Below are positions 37,418 to 47,589 of a stretch of 64,000 nt of DNA, in pieces (within the stretch, counting starts at the first letter, position 1; each line of letters opens with the position of its first letter). The notes below the pieces were generated by a model, which was given only the letters and a program-made list of their open reading frames with translations, did no database searches and was not told the DNA's origin. The translations under genes and the position numbers were made by a program. The stretch comes from an uncultured virus (IMG/VR IMGVR_UViG_3300044608_000562). Its lineage: Duplodnaviria > Heunggongvirae > Uroviricota > Caudoviricetes. Location of the stretch: IMG/VR virus record IMGVR_UViG_3300044608_000562; one strand, 5' to 3'.

Positions 37418-40217
37418 CTTTGAACTTCTCCAAGAATTCCCTAGTTACGGCAGGATCAGCACGGAAGGCATAAGTCCATATCGGTGAGGTCACGCCACCT
37501 TTCCACCCCGTTGAGAGCCGCATCTTCTTGGCATCTACGAGGGTTCCCTTCGCCTTCAACACCGTCTCCATCTCTTCTGTGCTGACGTTGCACTCCGTGA
37601 CTAAATACTTTCTTAACTCAGTCTTGGAGATGTACTGCATGTTAGTGTCTATTTCGATTCGCGCCACGATGGCACCGTAGGCATCTGCGATCTGCCTGCC
37701 TTCGTTGAACACGAGGATACCGTTCTGGTACTTGAGCAAGAACTCCGTGATCAGAGCCTCGTAGTCCACCTCGCCGTCTTTGATCGTTTTGTCTCTTACC
37801 ATGATTGACTGCAGCAGTACGTAGTTGAACAACCTTTCTAGGTCGTAGTTGACGATGTCGGCTTGAATGGCTAACTCCAGCCCAGCGAACGTGGAAGCGA
37901 TAGCGTTCTCATAGAACCGATACGATGCGTCCGTGCCGAACCGCGACTGTCTGATCCGTTCGTGCCAACTGTTCAGCGTCTTGGTCGCGCCCTCGTCGCC
38001 CACGTGCATCAAGTGCTTGATGTATTCAAACCCGGCCCACCCGTAGTTGGTGTTGAATGGGTCAAAAATTTCTTCACCCAGTCTGGGGTTGTCTGCCATG
38101 GCCGCAGGCCGATTGATGCGGAACTCCATGTAACGAGCCATCTCGCCAGTTGGGTTGCGCTTGGCTGCGAAAATCTTATCCCGCATGGACTCGTTAGATG
38201 TCATCAAGCACAGTTGTGACGCAGTCAACTCCTGCTCACGCTCGGCATTAACGCTCGACTGCAACCGAATCTTGCCCTTGCCTTGTGCGACGGAGTGAAT
38301 CAAGTTTGAAAGTTCTTTCGGGTCTTTGTCCTTGACCTCGTCCAAGCACAGGATAATGTTCTTCAAGTTGAGGGCGCGTTGCACCAGACCGTTATCGGTC
38401 GCCTTGTATACGCTGACGTTCTTGGGATTGGCGAACACGCTACTAGCCGCAAGCAGCGCACCAGTCTTACCGCCACCAGTGTTGCCGGTGTAGCAGAAGG
38501 TCATGCCGCTTGTGGTGCAATAGCGCATCAGCGGAGAGCCGAACGCCATGCCAAGAGCAAAGGCATGCATCTCAAATCCCGGCATGTTCAGTTTGTTGGC
38601 ACACTCCTGCCACTTCTCGTAGGAGCCGTGTGGCTCAAGCATCTTGGCGATGCTCTTGACCATCGGGGACACCGGAGCATGCCGCTCCTTGCCGTCCCGT
38701 GTGATCTCTACATTACCAATAACGAACGCATCGTTTTCTAGCGTCCATCCCATCTGACCACGTACCTGTTCGGCAGCGTCCTGCGACTGTAAGTAGTGCG
38801 CCCATTTCGTCATGTATTCCACCAATTTAGGCCATTGTGTTTGCGTGGGCGGGGAGATACCCGCCCTGCCAAGCGTTCGCTTGAATTCGTCCAGTGACTG
38901 CATCGACTCGTGAGTCAGTTCAAACTCGCGAACCTCGTGCGGCAGCAACGCACGGATTGTGAATATCTCGCCCTCAGTACGGCTGTACATCCGCTTGATA
39001 GGAAAGAAATCATTAGTTGATATTAGAGTCGGTTCTGGCTGGTATCGTGTTCCGTCTTCGTCAACTTCGGCGGGTGGTAGGAAATAAATTCCTCCGGTTC
39101 GTCCACGTACATAGGGACGGATCGCAGGTGGAAGTACCGGAACTTCTTTGGAATCCTCTTCGACCCGAACTGCGTTCTCCTTGGGGTCTTCCGTGGCTTC
39201 GACAAAGCGCCGTCCAACGGCAAGAGGGTTTGTGATACGGCCTCGGAAGGCGCAGCCGTCGCACTTGCCGGGGTTGAGATCGTTGAACTTGTCACACGAA
39301 AACGGTTTACCAAAAGACTGATTAGCCTTGCGAATTGTTGCTTCATAGTTGTACTCAGGGTGGTCTTCAGACATCAAGTGGATGGATGCTTCCCAGTCGG
39401 TGCAGTGCCGTGCGATTGACAGCCCTGCGTACCACAACGGTTCTTCCAACGTGGTAGCGTTAGTTAGAATATGCTTAATCTGAGCGCAGCCCTGATCGCT
39501 CAGACTTTTCTCTGCGATGTCTTGAAACGTGGTCTCGTAGTTGTCGAGCCGCGCTATCTTCTTCGTGTCCTCATCAAGCCCCTTCGGCAGGAGATCAAGA
39601 ATTGATCCACCAGTGCTAACTTCGCCTAAGTAACTCTTAAACATGTCGAAGTCGTACTCGACGAACTCCGTGTCCAAGAACTTGGTCGGTGCCGGTGGGT
39701 CGGTCTTGTAGTTAAGTGTCTCGGGGCAACGCAGGATACGCGCTGCATCTGCCGTTACGGCAGGATCAATCTTGAGATAGTCCAAGCACATCTGCTTGAA
39801 CTTGGTGGCGTAAGCCTTCCATTCGTCGGTCGGTACGTCACGGTCAAGAATCCAGTAAGCATGCACCCCACCACCCGAATCCACACGGACAGGAGGCGGC
39901 AGGTCGTACTGCTTGACGAAATCGTCCAACGCAGCAAGTGCTTCTTCTTTGCTGCGGTACTTCTTGTCGTTCTCGCCAACGTCAAGGTCAATAAAGAATG
40001 TCTTGCAGAACTGAGCGTAGTCAGTCTTGCGGCTGTGACCCTTAAAACTATTTAGTGCTACGAATACATTCTGGCCTCCATTTGCAAACTCGTTAATCAC
40101 TACAACCAAGTCGTCGAGTGTTTCCACGAAGCGGTGAGTTGTTTTGTCATTCTTGATACCGGCAACACAGTAAACACCCTGCGACGGTAATGCTTTCTGG
40201 TAAAATTCTTTTTGCAT
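37389..40217 (-). CDS. Primase-helicase (AEP-like primase, Cys cluster, DUF927-type helicase)
   Basis: FIDLD, SGGGVHAYW, RILRCP, Cys cluster, Walker A GNTGGGKT, Walker B LCLDE. Confidence 0.85.
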   Translation of the reverse strand: MQKEFYQKALPSQGVYCVAGIKNDKTTHRFVETLDDLVVVINEFANGGQNVFVALNSFKGHSRKTDYAQFCKTFFIDLDVGENDKKYRSKEEALAALDDFVKQYDLPPPVRVDSGGGVHAYWILDRDVPTDEWKAYATKFKQMCLDYLKIDPAVTADAARILRCPETLNYKTDPPAPTKFLDTEFVEYDFDMFKSYLGEVSTGGSILDLLPKGLDEDTKKIARLDNYETTFQDIAEKSLSDQGCAQIKHILTNATTLEEPLWYAGLSIARHCTDWEASIHLMSEDHPEYNYEATIRKANQSFGKPFSCDKFNDLNPGKCDGCAFRGRITNPLAVGRRFVEATEDPKENAVRVEEDSKEVPVLPPAIRPYVRGRTGGIYFLPPAEVDEDGTRYQPEPTLISTNDFFPIKRMYSRTEGEIFTIRALLPHEVREFELTHESMQSLDEFKRTLGRAGISPPTQTQWPKLVEYMTKWAHYLQSQDAAEQVRGQMGWTLENDAFVIGNVEITRDGKERHAPVSPMVKSIAKMLEPHGSYEKWQECANKLNMPGFEMHAFALGMAFGSPLMRYCTTSGMTFCYTGNTGGGKTGALLAASSVFANPKNVSVYKATDNGLVQRALNLKNIILCLDEVKDKDPKELSNLIHSVAQGKGKIRLQSSVNAEREQELTASQLCLMTSNESMRDKIFAAKRNPTGEMARYMEFRINRPAAMADNPRLGEEIFDPFNTNYGWAGFEYIKHLMHVGDEGATKTLNSWHERIRQSRFGTDASYRFYENAIASTFAGLELAIQADIVNYDLERLFNYVLLQSIMVRDKTIKDGEVDYEALITEFLLKYQNGILVFNEGRQIADAYGAIVARIEIDTNMQYISKTELRKYLVTECNVSTEEMETVLKAKGTLVDAKKMRLSTGWKGGVTSPIWTYAFRADPAVTREFLEKFKDDGDKASGA

Positions 40218-40231
40218 ACACTGCCACAGAT

Positions 40232-40259
40232 AAAAAAAGCGGGGTCAGCAGTCCCCCGC
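40232..40259 (-). terminator. Terminator/attenuator upstream of primase-helicase
   Basis: Minus strand GCGGGG-loop-CCCCGC followed by T7. Confidence 0.65.
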
Positions 40260-40284
40260 CCGAGAGGTGTCAAACAAACCTAAA

Positions 40285-40596
40285 TCAAAGATTCCCTCCC
40301 AGCATTTGAGAGATGTATATCTTCGCGTCGAGAGAGTTACGAGCGGGAAGTACACCCTGCTTCATGTCTTCCTCAATGAGGTAGATGAAGGCTTCGATAC
40401 GAGTGCGCTTCTCTTCCCTTATACCCTGTCCTCTGAACCACGCATAGACCGTAGTTCGTGACGTATCCAACGCTTTAGCCACGTAAGCCGCAGGGAGGTT
40501 AGCCTCGACACATACTCTGCCAAGTTTCACCCCCAAGCGGTTGGGGTCTCCGTCTTTTAGCGCGACTAAGAACTTGTCGCCGTATGAGCGAGGCAT
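40285..40596 (-). CDS. XRE/Cro-like HTH protein
   Basis: AAYVAKALDTSRTTVYAWFRG helix-turn-helix. Confidence 0.75.
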   Translation of the reverse strand: MPRSYGDKFLVALKDGDPNRLGVKLGRVCVEANLPAAYVAKALDTSRTTVYAWFRGQGIREEKRTRIEAFIYLIEEDMKQGVLPARNSLDAKIYISQMLGGNL

Positions 40597-40605
40597 GGTA
40601 ACTCC

Positions 40606-41460
40606 TTACTTCTTCGCCCACTTCTTGACAACGTCGGCAACGTCCCCGTTCGGAGCAGCCTCGGCTTTCTTAGTTGGCTCACGCAACTTCGGTTCCTGCA
40701 AAGCAGCAGGGCCAGTGACGATGGGGCCAGAAGTCTCACCTTCGTCTGCTTGATACACAGTCAACTTAACGGCTGCTTCTGCCGCTGCCGAGTTGCGCTG
40801 ACGGGTAATAACTTCAATATCCGATTCGTCCACCGCTGCAACGGGTGAGAACAGCACCTTCGGTACAGGCGACTTAGTGTCGAACTGCATCTTAGTTACA
40901 ACACGCCCTGCCGAAATGTCGTTGCTAGCCAACATCTGAATGTAGGGACGGAACGGATACTTGCCGCCTTCTTCCTTGCCAAAGCAAGATGTTGCAGGAA
41001 GCACCAACTGCATGACATCACCGCCGGGGTTATTCGGCAGCACAACCGCAGTTCGCCAAGACAAACGGCATGCCGCGCCGCTGCCACCCTGACCCGATCC
41101 CTTGACCGACCACTGGCAAGAATCGCAAGACTTGGCTTGAGGATTCTTTACCTCAACGTCAGGCGTCTTGGAGTCGGTTGACCAGCAGATAGGTGCGATC
41201 TTCTCGCCTTCCTTGTATGCACCAGAGTAGTAGGTGCGGCTAGCGGTGTGAGCCATCTTCACAAAGATGACGTTCATGTGCCGGTCTTCGATAGACGCGA
41301 CTTCCTTGCCACCTGCCATCTTGCGGAATACGCCGCCCTTGATGCTGATGCGCTTGACCCCGCCAGTGCCGCCACCGGCTACGGCACGAGTGTCATCGTC
41401 GAGTCCAGTCTGCACCGTGGCGATCTGGTTCTTCAAACTGACTATGATGTCGTTACTCAT
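40606..41460 (-). CDS. Putative ssDNA-binding/annealing protein
   Basis: RISIKGGVFR, PICWS-x-D and CxxC motifs; replication context. Confidence 0.55.
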   Translation of the reverse strand: MSNDIIVSLKNQIATVQTGLDDDTRAVAGGGTGGVKRISIKGGVFRKMAGGKEVASIEDRHMNVIFVKMAHTASRTYYSGAYKEGEKIAPICWSTDSKTPDVEVKNPQAKSCDSCQWSVKGSGQGGSGAACRLSWRTAVVLPNNPGGDVMQLVLPATSCFGKEEGGKYPFRPYIQMLASNDISAGRVVTKMQFDTKSPVPKVLFSPVAAVDESDIEVITRQRNSAAAEAAVKLTVYQADEGETSGPIVTGPAALQEPKLREPTKKAEAAPNGDVADVVKKWAKK

Positions 41461-41466
41461 AAATCC

Positions 41467-41868
41467 TCACTTACTGTTTTTGCGTACTGTTACACCGAAC
41501 TCTCGCATCACGTTGATGCCGGGAGGTAGCCCGTCATCTTCATGACCGTTGAGAAACTCTCTGAAGTTGCTCTGATGTATACGCCGCTCAAGCAAGTGCG
41601 GAGCCTCGTTATCAAGAACAAACTTGTAAAAGTTATCCCAGTCTTGGCAGAAGAAACGCTCGTTCAACTTCCGCATAACGGTGCCGTGACCAGTCTTGAT
41701 ACTGTCAGCGTTTACCGAGTTGCAGATGTCGAGTAGCGCGGCTTCGATCTGTGTGGCTTCGTCTTTGAGTGCTTTGTCAGCAGCCTCAAATTCACGTAGT
41801 AATCTTTCGCGTTGATCACGTATGGCAATAAACGCTTCGACTAACTGTTCTGTATTCACCGTATTCAC
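41467..41868 (-). CDS. Conserved replication-region protein
   Basis: Coiled coil, SIKT-x-x-GT, DWDNFY and PPGI motifs. Confidence 0.7.
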   Translation of the reverse strand: MNTVNTEQLVEAFIAIRDQRERLLREFEAADKALKDEATQIEAALLDICNSVNADSIKTGHGTVMRKLNERFFCQDWDNFYKFVLDNEAPHLLERRIHQSNFREFLNGHEDDGLPPGINVMREFGVTVRKNSK

Positions 41869-43457
41869 TATGCCTCCTCACTGATTACGTTACTGTACAG
41901 GTCAACTATTTTTTGATGACTGTCTACCTTGCCTTGCAGCATGGCATACATCTTCTTCTCAACATCCGAGCCTTGCAGGTGAACAACAGTCATCTTGTTC
42001 TTCTGCCCGACTCGTTCAATACGTCCGATGCACTGCAGATAAGTCTCTACGCTCATCACTGGCGACCAGAACACAACGGTGTCAGCAGCAGTTAGCGTGA
42101 TGCCGTGCGCTGCAGATTGCGGCTGAATCACAAGCACTCGCGGGTCGGTCAAAGATTGGAATCGTTTGATGATCTCTGCGCGTTCTTGTGCTGCAACTGA
42201 ACCCTGTATGACCTCGCTCGTGAAACCTTCGCTAGTTAAGAACTTCGTGACTACATCAATAGTATGGATGTACGGAACAAATACTACAACCTTGTTTGAC
42301 GTTTCATCAAGTACATCTTTCAGTTCGCGCAGTCGCGGAGAGATGTCGAACTCAATGACTTGCTGCTTGTCGGTATACACCGCACCGCCGCTGATCTGTA
42401 GAAGTTTATTCAACGATGCTGCTGCGTTTACGGCGGAGATTTGTTCCCCTGCTGCTTCAATCAGCATCTGCTGCTTTAGCGTTTTGTAATACTTTGCTAC
42501 CTGCGAAGTAAGCGGCACATCGCGTGTCTGATAAGTAAGTTCTGGTAGATCAAGACACTCTTTCTTGGAGTACCTCACTGCGGGCTGTAACGCTCGGTGT
42601 ACTTCTTCTTTGTGCGTCGGTCTAGGCAACCACTTAAAGCGGCTTACCTGCTGCATAACTTTATCTCGCCACGCCGTCGTGAACTTCGGCACGCGCTGGG
42701 GCGACACGAGTCTTGCAAGACCAAACGCATCAACAGGTGACTGTGAGGCGGGTGTGCCAGTCATCATCCATAGCCACGTGTCGGGCGTGAGTAGTTTGGC
42801 TAGGGTCTTCCATCGCTTCGTCGATGCCGTTTTGTAAGCGTTTGCCTCGTCAACAATGATCAAGTCGAACTTGGCAGCGACGAGTTCATCGAACACCACG
42901 TGTGTGCCGTCGTAGTTGATGATCGTGAAGTCGTACTCGCTCTCAATGATCTTCTTTCTTTTCTCGCTCGTGCCGTAGGCCACGGCGCACGTACGGTGCA
43001 TGGCAGTCCTAAAGACATCTGCTTGCCACGCCGAATACATGATAGATAGAGGACAGACCACCAAGACTTTCTTGATGATCCCTAAGTTCATTAGATAGTC
43101 AGCGGCCCAGATAGCAGCGGATGTCTTGCCCGTACCTGCCTCGTTGAAACAGAACGCACGTTGTCTAACGGACAGGAACGAAGCCGTGTCTCGCTGATGT
43201 TCAAACGGCTTGTATACGCCGGGCCAGTTGTAGTCTCGCAATATGGGTGAAGGAAGTTTTGGAAGAGTTATGTTCGGCTGCGCCTGATCAATGATGGCGC
43301 TTGCTACAGATACTTCCTTGTGATCCCAGAACAAAACTATTTCTTTACTGTTGCCTTGTGACTTAGTGATCTCGCACTTCTCTACATGACTGTAGATATC
43401 GTCAGCAAGGTTGTAAGGAATACTGAACTGTAATGCTTGGTTTTCAACTATGTTCAT
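41868..43457 (-). CDS. SNF2-like superfamily 2 helicase
   Basis: PFEHQ, GTGKT, IIVDEA, MTGTP, HGITLT and Q-x-x-x-RI-x-R-x-GQ motifs. Confidence 0.92.
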   Translation of the reverse strand: MNIVENQALQFSIPYNLADDIYSHVEKCEITKSQGNSKEIVLFWDHKEVSVASAIIDQAQPNITLPKLPSPILRDYNWPGVYKPFEHQRDTASFLSVRQRAFCFNEAGTGKTSAAIWAADYLMNLGIIKKVLVVCPLSIMYSAWQADVFRTAMHRTCAVAYGTSEKRKKIIESEYDFTIINYDGTHVVFDELVAAKFDLIIVDEANAYKTASTKRWKTLAKLLTPDTWLWMMTGTPASQSPVDAFGLARLVSPQRVPKFTTAWRDKVMQQVSRFKWLPRPTHKEEVHRALQPAVRYSKKECLDLPELTYQTRDVPLTSQVAKYYKTLKQQMLIEAAGEQISAVNAAASLNKLLQISGGAVYTDKQQVIEFDISPRLRELKDVLDETSNKVVVFVPYIHTIDVVTKFLTSEGFTSEVIQGSVAAQERAEIIKRFQSLTDPRVLVIQPQSAAHGITLTAADTVVFWSPVMSVETYLQCIGRIERVGQKNKMTVVHLQGSDVEKKMYAMLQGKVDSHQKIVDLYSNVISEEA

Positions 43458-43469
43458 ACTGTACCTATT

Positions 43470-43635
43470 TGTAAAAGCCCGTCTCGTGGGCCAGACGGTT
43501 GACGCTTAAGGTGGAGGCTGTGCGGGGGGTGCCCAACACGCGGGTGCCTTACCGTCAACTGACGCGGTTTGCGGTATCACTCCCGCAGGGGAAGGGTGAA
43601 AGAAAACCCCATCCAACGCACTCACGCCTTACGTT
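43470..43635 (-). ncRNA. Candidate structured RNA in helicase leader
   Basis: About 180-bp gap with several helices (GTTGACG/CGTCAAC, TAAGG/CCTTA, CCGTCT/AGACGG). Confidence 0.45.
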
Positions 43636-43638
43636 GAA

Positions 43639-43893
43639 TTACTTCATCGCTCCGCTCGACTTGCGACGGAACGAACGATTCTTAGATGGTGCCTGTAGAC
43701 GAGTGCCGTCGCGGTTGGTGCCGCCTTTCGACAACGCCCTTACATGTGCCACATCTTTACCTTTTCGGTCAATGCCTTTTTTGTCGTACGACCGACGCGC
43801 ACGTTGTCGCTCCATACGATCTTCATGTTCGTCACGCGCTACCTGCTTTTTGTACTCATGCTTGTAGGGGCGCGGCTTGTTTACATACGGCAT
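43639..43893 (-). CDS. Small basic HNH-like protein
   Basis: GKDVAHVRALSKGGTN...NRS. Confidence 0.65.
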   Translation of the reverse strand: MPYVNKPRPYKHEYKKQVARDEHEDRMERQRARRSYDKKGIDRKGKDVAHVRALSKGGTNRDGTRLQAPSKNRSFRRKSSGAMK

Positions 43894-43895
43894 AA

Positions 43896-44549
43896 CTACC
43901 TCACCTTGTAGAACTTACATTTCTCGACCGGACACCAACCGCACAAGCCAGTTGGTTTCTCAGGCCACATGTTGTTTTCGTACGATAACTCTAATCTATT
44001 CAAATCGGATGCAAACTCCATCCAGAGTTTGTTTATATCAGAACGCGAATACTCTTCCGGCACGAACGAGTTCCTAGTTATGAACAGCAGTCCCGCCTTG
44101 ATGTTGACCACCTCTGGGAAGTGGCAGTAAGTCATCAACGCCATCAACTTCAACTGCTTCGGGTCAGGATACTTATTGCTGCCGGTCTTGTAGTCGATGA
44201 TGTATGCATCCTCACCGTCCACGATCAGCAAATCAACAATCCCACGAACCCAACGGTTCTCGTCGTCAAACTCACACGGCGTCTTGTCCAGTCGCAGCCC
44301 CATCTGATATTCGGGGTATCGGTTTCCCGGTATCTTCAAGAGTTCATCAAGCACAGGCTTGTAGTGTGCGTAGTGCTTGGCAAGCGGCTTGCCTTCGCGA
44401 ACGTAGTCTTCGACAGCCTTGTGAACCTCCGTTCCATACAACATCTGCTCTGTAACTTTCTTAGTTACAGACTTGGCAACCTTAACTTCGTAATACTGCC
44501 GAGGGCAGTTCACAAAGTCTTTAAGGCTACTGTACGACCATTGAATCAT
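43896..44549 (-). CDS. PD-(D/E)XK (Cas4/RecB-like) exonuclease
   Basis: WSYS...CP, GTEVH, IVDL, IIDYKTG, QL-x-x-x-A and CGWCP..C motifs. Confidence 0.85.
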   Translation of the reverse strand: MIQWSYSSLKDFVNCPRQYYEVKVAKSVTKKVTEQMLYGTEVHKAVEDYVREGKPLAKHYAHYKPVLDELLKIPGNRYPEYQMGLRLDKTPCEFDDENRWVRGIVDLLIVDGEDAYIIDYKTGSNKYPDPKQLKLMALMTYCHFPEVVNIKAGLLFITRNSFVPEEYSRSDINKLWMEFASDLNRLELSYENNMWPEKPTGLCGWCPVEKCKFYKVR

Positions 44550-44755
44550 TCGTTGTCACCCTTAACGTGGACACCCAAGTCAGCCAGTTGTTTGCGCTGC
44601 TTAACTATGGTCTTCCAGTAACTATTGTTCAGTTCTCTCAAAGTCTTCATGTAGATTTCCTCCAACCGTATGTGCTCCTTCAGCAGAGTAACTTCTGCCT
44701 CAAGTTCCTTTATACGATCAGCACTCTCCATAAGACTGTCCGTGTTTAGTCTCAC
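44546..44755 (-). CDS. Small coiled-coil protein
   Basis: ADRIKELEAE; coupled to neighbours; true start may be 44731. Confidence 0.55.
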   Translation of the reverse strand: MRLNTDSLMESADRIKELEAEVTLLKEHIRLEEIYMKTLRELNNSYWKTIVKQRKQLADLGVHVKGDNE

Positions 44756-46577
44756 AGGCCACAGGCAGACCTTTAGCCCAGTCCGGTGGAGTAGACATTA
44801 CTTGTGTTATGAACGCAAGGGCGTCTTGAAGTTCACTCGTGCGTACCACGATAACCGCAGCGTCATGCACCGTCAGCACGGGCCTGTATCGCTCACGTAG
44901 TTTAAGCATCTGCTCAGCCACGATGATACGAGCAAGTGCCTGCACGACGTTCTCGACTACCGAACCTCCCCAGATAGATACAGCACCCTTGCGGGAGTCG
45001 TAGGTCATGCGTTCATCTTCGATACGCAAATTCGGGTATCGGATATACAACCCATTAGGCAGTCGTAGACCTGTGCTGTTTACTCTTACTGCATCGTGTT
45101 GCCCCAACGAATACTCATTCATCTCGCTAGTCCAACCTGCGATATGACTCAGCGCCATCTCTGAATCACGCCACAAGTCCACGATCTTGTCGTTGATGCT
45201 GCGATACAGGTTCACGATCTGCTTGCACTCGTCTTCTGGCAAGTCGGCTCCCGGCGGCTGCGTCTTCAGCGTGTGCCGTAACTTCGCTGCACCTGTGCCG
45301 TAGCCAAGTCCAAGGATGCAGGTCTTACCTACGAACCGTTCGACGGGATCGGCCTTGCTGATCGGTCGCTTGTAAATCTTGCTAGCGAACCTGCTGTATA
45401 CGTCATCACCCTCGCGGAACTGCTCAACCAGAGCATGCTCTCCTGCAAGCCACGCCAGAACCCGTGCTTCGATCTGTGAACTGTCACAGTTAATAACGGT
45501 GTAGCCTTCGGGTGCAATCACCGAGTTCTTCAGTGTCTTCTTTTTCTTGTCGCGGCTAGGCAGGTTCTGGAAATTAACCGAGTCAGTCCCGGCCCAACGG
45601 CCTGTGTGAGCGCCGTAATACTTGAGCGGGATAGGTAGCCGACCGCGATTCCTAGCACCAATACCGATAAAGCGTTCAATGCGTGACTCCTCTATGGTTG
45701 ACTTAGTACCCAAACGCACGGCGCACAGTTGCTGTACAAGCGGGTTATCGGATTCCAGTAATGCGATAAAGCCCTCGTCGTTCTTGGCGAGAGCGAAAGT
45801 TTCCTTGTTCGTTGTGACACTGACTTTCTTGGGCGGCTCGACACCGTGTTCTTTTAAGACAGCAGCGAACTGCGGGTTGCTTGCCAACTTCTTGCGTACA
45901 TCTTCTTCGGTAGCCGCGCCGAGTTTGTCCATCAGACCGCGCAGCAGTTCAGACTTCTCCTGTTTGATTTCTTCAAGACGCTGTAGCAACAAGGCGTCGT
46001 CAACATGCAGCACAGGTTGCGTATACATACGCAGCGTCATGTCGATGAGGTCTAGTTCGGACTGCGGGAACCCTTCGGCAAGCAGAGCGTTGAACAACCT
46101 GAAGGTGAGTTGAGTGTCGTTTATGCAGTATTCCGCATAACGCTCAAGTTCTTCTTTGTTGAAGTCAGCGCGGCGTTTGCCAAGAGCGTTGACAACCTCT
46201 GTACCTTTCTTACCCAACGAGTACCGCTCGACTAGTGCGGCCAGCGAACCTCCCGCATCAACACCATGTATTGCACGTGCCATACACAGCGTATCAAAGT
46301 AGTACGCCGGGACTATGTTGAAGATGAACGACAGAATCGCACCATCGAATTGAGTATTATGGCAGAGCAGCGCGGAGTTGCTCCAATCAACTTGCCCAAG
46401 CCATGCCTTGATCTCGGCATGCGTACCGCTGAACCACATCGGGGCGTCATCGTCGATCTTCATCGACACGCCTATAACTTCAAACTTAGGATTGCGTACG
46501 TACTCCTCAGTAGTCAACCTGCTAAGGCTGAAGTCCTTGGCGTAATACGTTTCAAAATCTAGCGTTACAAAACTCAT
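44718..46577 (-). CDS. polA: DNA polymerase family A with 3'-5' exonuclease (Leu762 type)
   Basis: LDFET, HNTQFD, YCIND, HTGRW, DSSQIEAR, RFVGKTCILGLGYG and TVHD motifs. Confidence 0.95.
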   Translation of the reverse strand: MSFVTLDFETYYAKDFSLSRLTTEEYVRNPKFEVIGVSMKIDDDAPMWFSGTHAEIKAWLGQVDWSNSALLCHNTQFDGAILSFIFNIVPAYYFDTLCMARAIHGVDAGGSLAALVERYSLGKKGTEVVNALGKRRADFNKEELERYAEYCINDTQLTFRLFNALLAEGFPQSELDLIDMTLRMYTQPVLHVDDALLLQRLEEIKQEKSELLRGLMDKLGAATEEDVRKKLASNPQFAAVLKEHGVEPPKKVSVTTNKETFALAKNDEGFIALLESDNPLVQQLCAVRLGTKSTIEESRIERFIGIGARNRGRLPIPLKYYGAHTGRWAGTDSVNFQNLPSRDKKKKTLKNSVIAPEGYTVINCDSSQIEARVLAWLAGEHALVEQFREGDDVYSRFASKIYKRPISKADPVERFVGKTCILGLGYGTGAAKLRHTLKTQPPGADLPEDECKQIVNLYRSINDKIVDLWRDSEMALSHIAGWTSEMNEYSLGQHDAVRVNSTGLRLPNGLYIRYPNLRIEDERMTYDSRKGAVSIWGGSVVENVVQALARIIVAEQMLKLRERYRPVLTVHDAAVIVVRTSELQDALAFITQVMSTPPDWAKGLPVACETKHGQSYGEC

Positions 46578-47122
46578 GGATCGACGCTCCATGTTTCTGT
46601 CTGACGCTCAAGCCTAGGCCACTCAGATTCAGTGATGAACGACTTGTCTTGCACGAGTACATGATTAGTGGGCTGCGCCGTAAACCTGCCGTTGTCTAAC
46701 TTGATGAAGTAAAACTCTTTGGACTGTTCTGGTTCCAAACTAAATCCATCAAGCATAGGTATGGCTGTGAACATGTATCGCCCAGTCAGTTCTTCTTTAG
46801 AACGCAGGCGAACGCGCATTGTTACGGCTTCAAGGAACGGATACTCCACCACGCTGAAGTGATGTCCGTAGCAATCCCAAGTCTGGCTATCGCACGGCAT
46901 CCAATTCATTGTCGTGGTCGATACCTTGTGCATGAGTCTGTGCAGCGGCACGTTCCGATACACTGCCCCACACTCCAACATAACGTGACAACCCCAAGTA
47001 CGACCGGGATGGCTCACTAGCCCAAACCACGCCACTCGCTCCCAGTCACTGTTACCAAACGTGTGTGGCTGAACATAACAATACGTATGTCTTGGTAACG
47101 GCCCTGCACTCGAATAAATCAT
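46574..47122 (-). CDS. Hypothetical protein
   Basis: ATGA coupling on both sides; WDCYG and LDNG-x-F-x-AQP-x-N motifs. Confidence 0.7.
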   Translation of the reverse strand: MIYSSAGPLPRHTYCYVQPHTFGNSDWERVAWFGLVSHPGRTWGCHVMLECGAVYRNVPLHRLMHKVSTTTMNWMPCDSQTWDCYGHHFSVVEYPFLEAVTMRVRLRSKEELTGRYMFTAIPMLDGFSLEPEQSKEFYFIKLDNGRFTAQPTNHVLVQDKSFITESEWPRLERQTETWSVDP

Positions 47123-47301
47123 TTCTTCTTACCACCCTTTTTTAATGTGGCGACTTCTTCGCGCAGCCGCCTGATCTCGTCGTGACATGCCCAAAGCACC
47201 CCACCTACGGTGAGGAACTTAAATTCTGTAGTTGTTCCAGTGTCATTGATCTCGTTCGGTAACGCACGAATCAAGTCCAAGATGTCTTCTTCAGTTTCCA
47301 T
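47119..47301 (-). CDS. Small hypothetical protein
   Basis: DEIRRLR coiled coil; coupled. Confidence 0.6.
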   Translation of the reverse strand: METEEDILDLIRALPNEINDTGTTTEFKFLTVGGVLWACHDEIRRLREEVATLKKGGKKK

Positions 47302-47310
47302 TATTGGACT

Positions 47311-47589
47311 CTACTTCGGCACGATGAAGTCTCGTTTGACTTGATCGCGTACCAACGTCAGCAGTTTGCAAATCACGTGCGTCTGAGACTTGGTTTTACC
47401 GTTACGGTTCAGCGAGTCGAACTCTGCGGAGTAAATCTCAATGATGTCCCACCGCAGCACTTCCAACTTACCGTCATCGTCGATCTTCGCCCACACCGTT
47501 TCGGGCATGGCAATCTTCTTCACGTGTTCTTCGGGGATGATCAAGTATGCATCATCGTCCTCGACCGTCTCTTTCTTAATCTCACTCAT
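47311..47589 (-). CDS. Hypothetical protein
   Basis: SD AAGGAG; overlaps end of glycosyltransferase gene. Confidence 0.6.
   Translation of the reverse strand: MSEIKKETVEDDDAYLIIPEEHVKKIAMPETVWAKIDDDGKLEVLRWDIIEIYSAEFDSLNRNGKTKSQTHVICKLLTLVRDQVKRDFIVPK

Noticed and set aside
41695..41709. CTTGATACTGTCAGC as another palindrome copy
   Set aside because: Two mismatches in the 13-bp core; compatible with chance
43896..44549. Cas4-like nuclease as part of a CRISPR system
   Set aside because: Stand-alone PD-(D/E)XK nuclease in an ordinary replication module
1550..46577. Introns or inteins in TerL, portal, capsid, helicase or PolA
   Set aside because: All are uninterrupted, of ordinary length, with no splicing motifs seen
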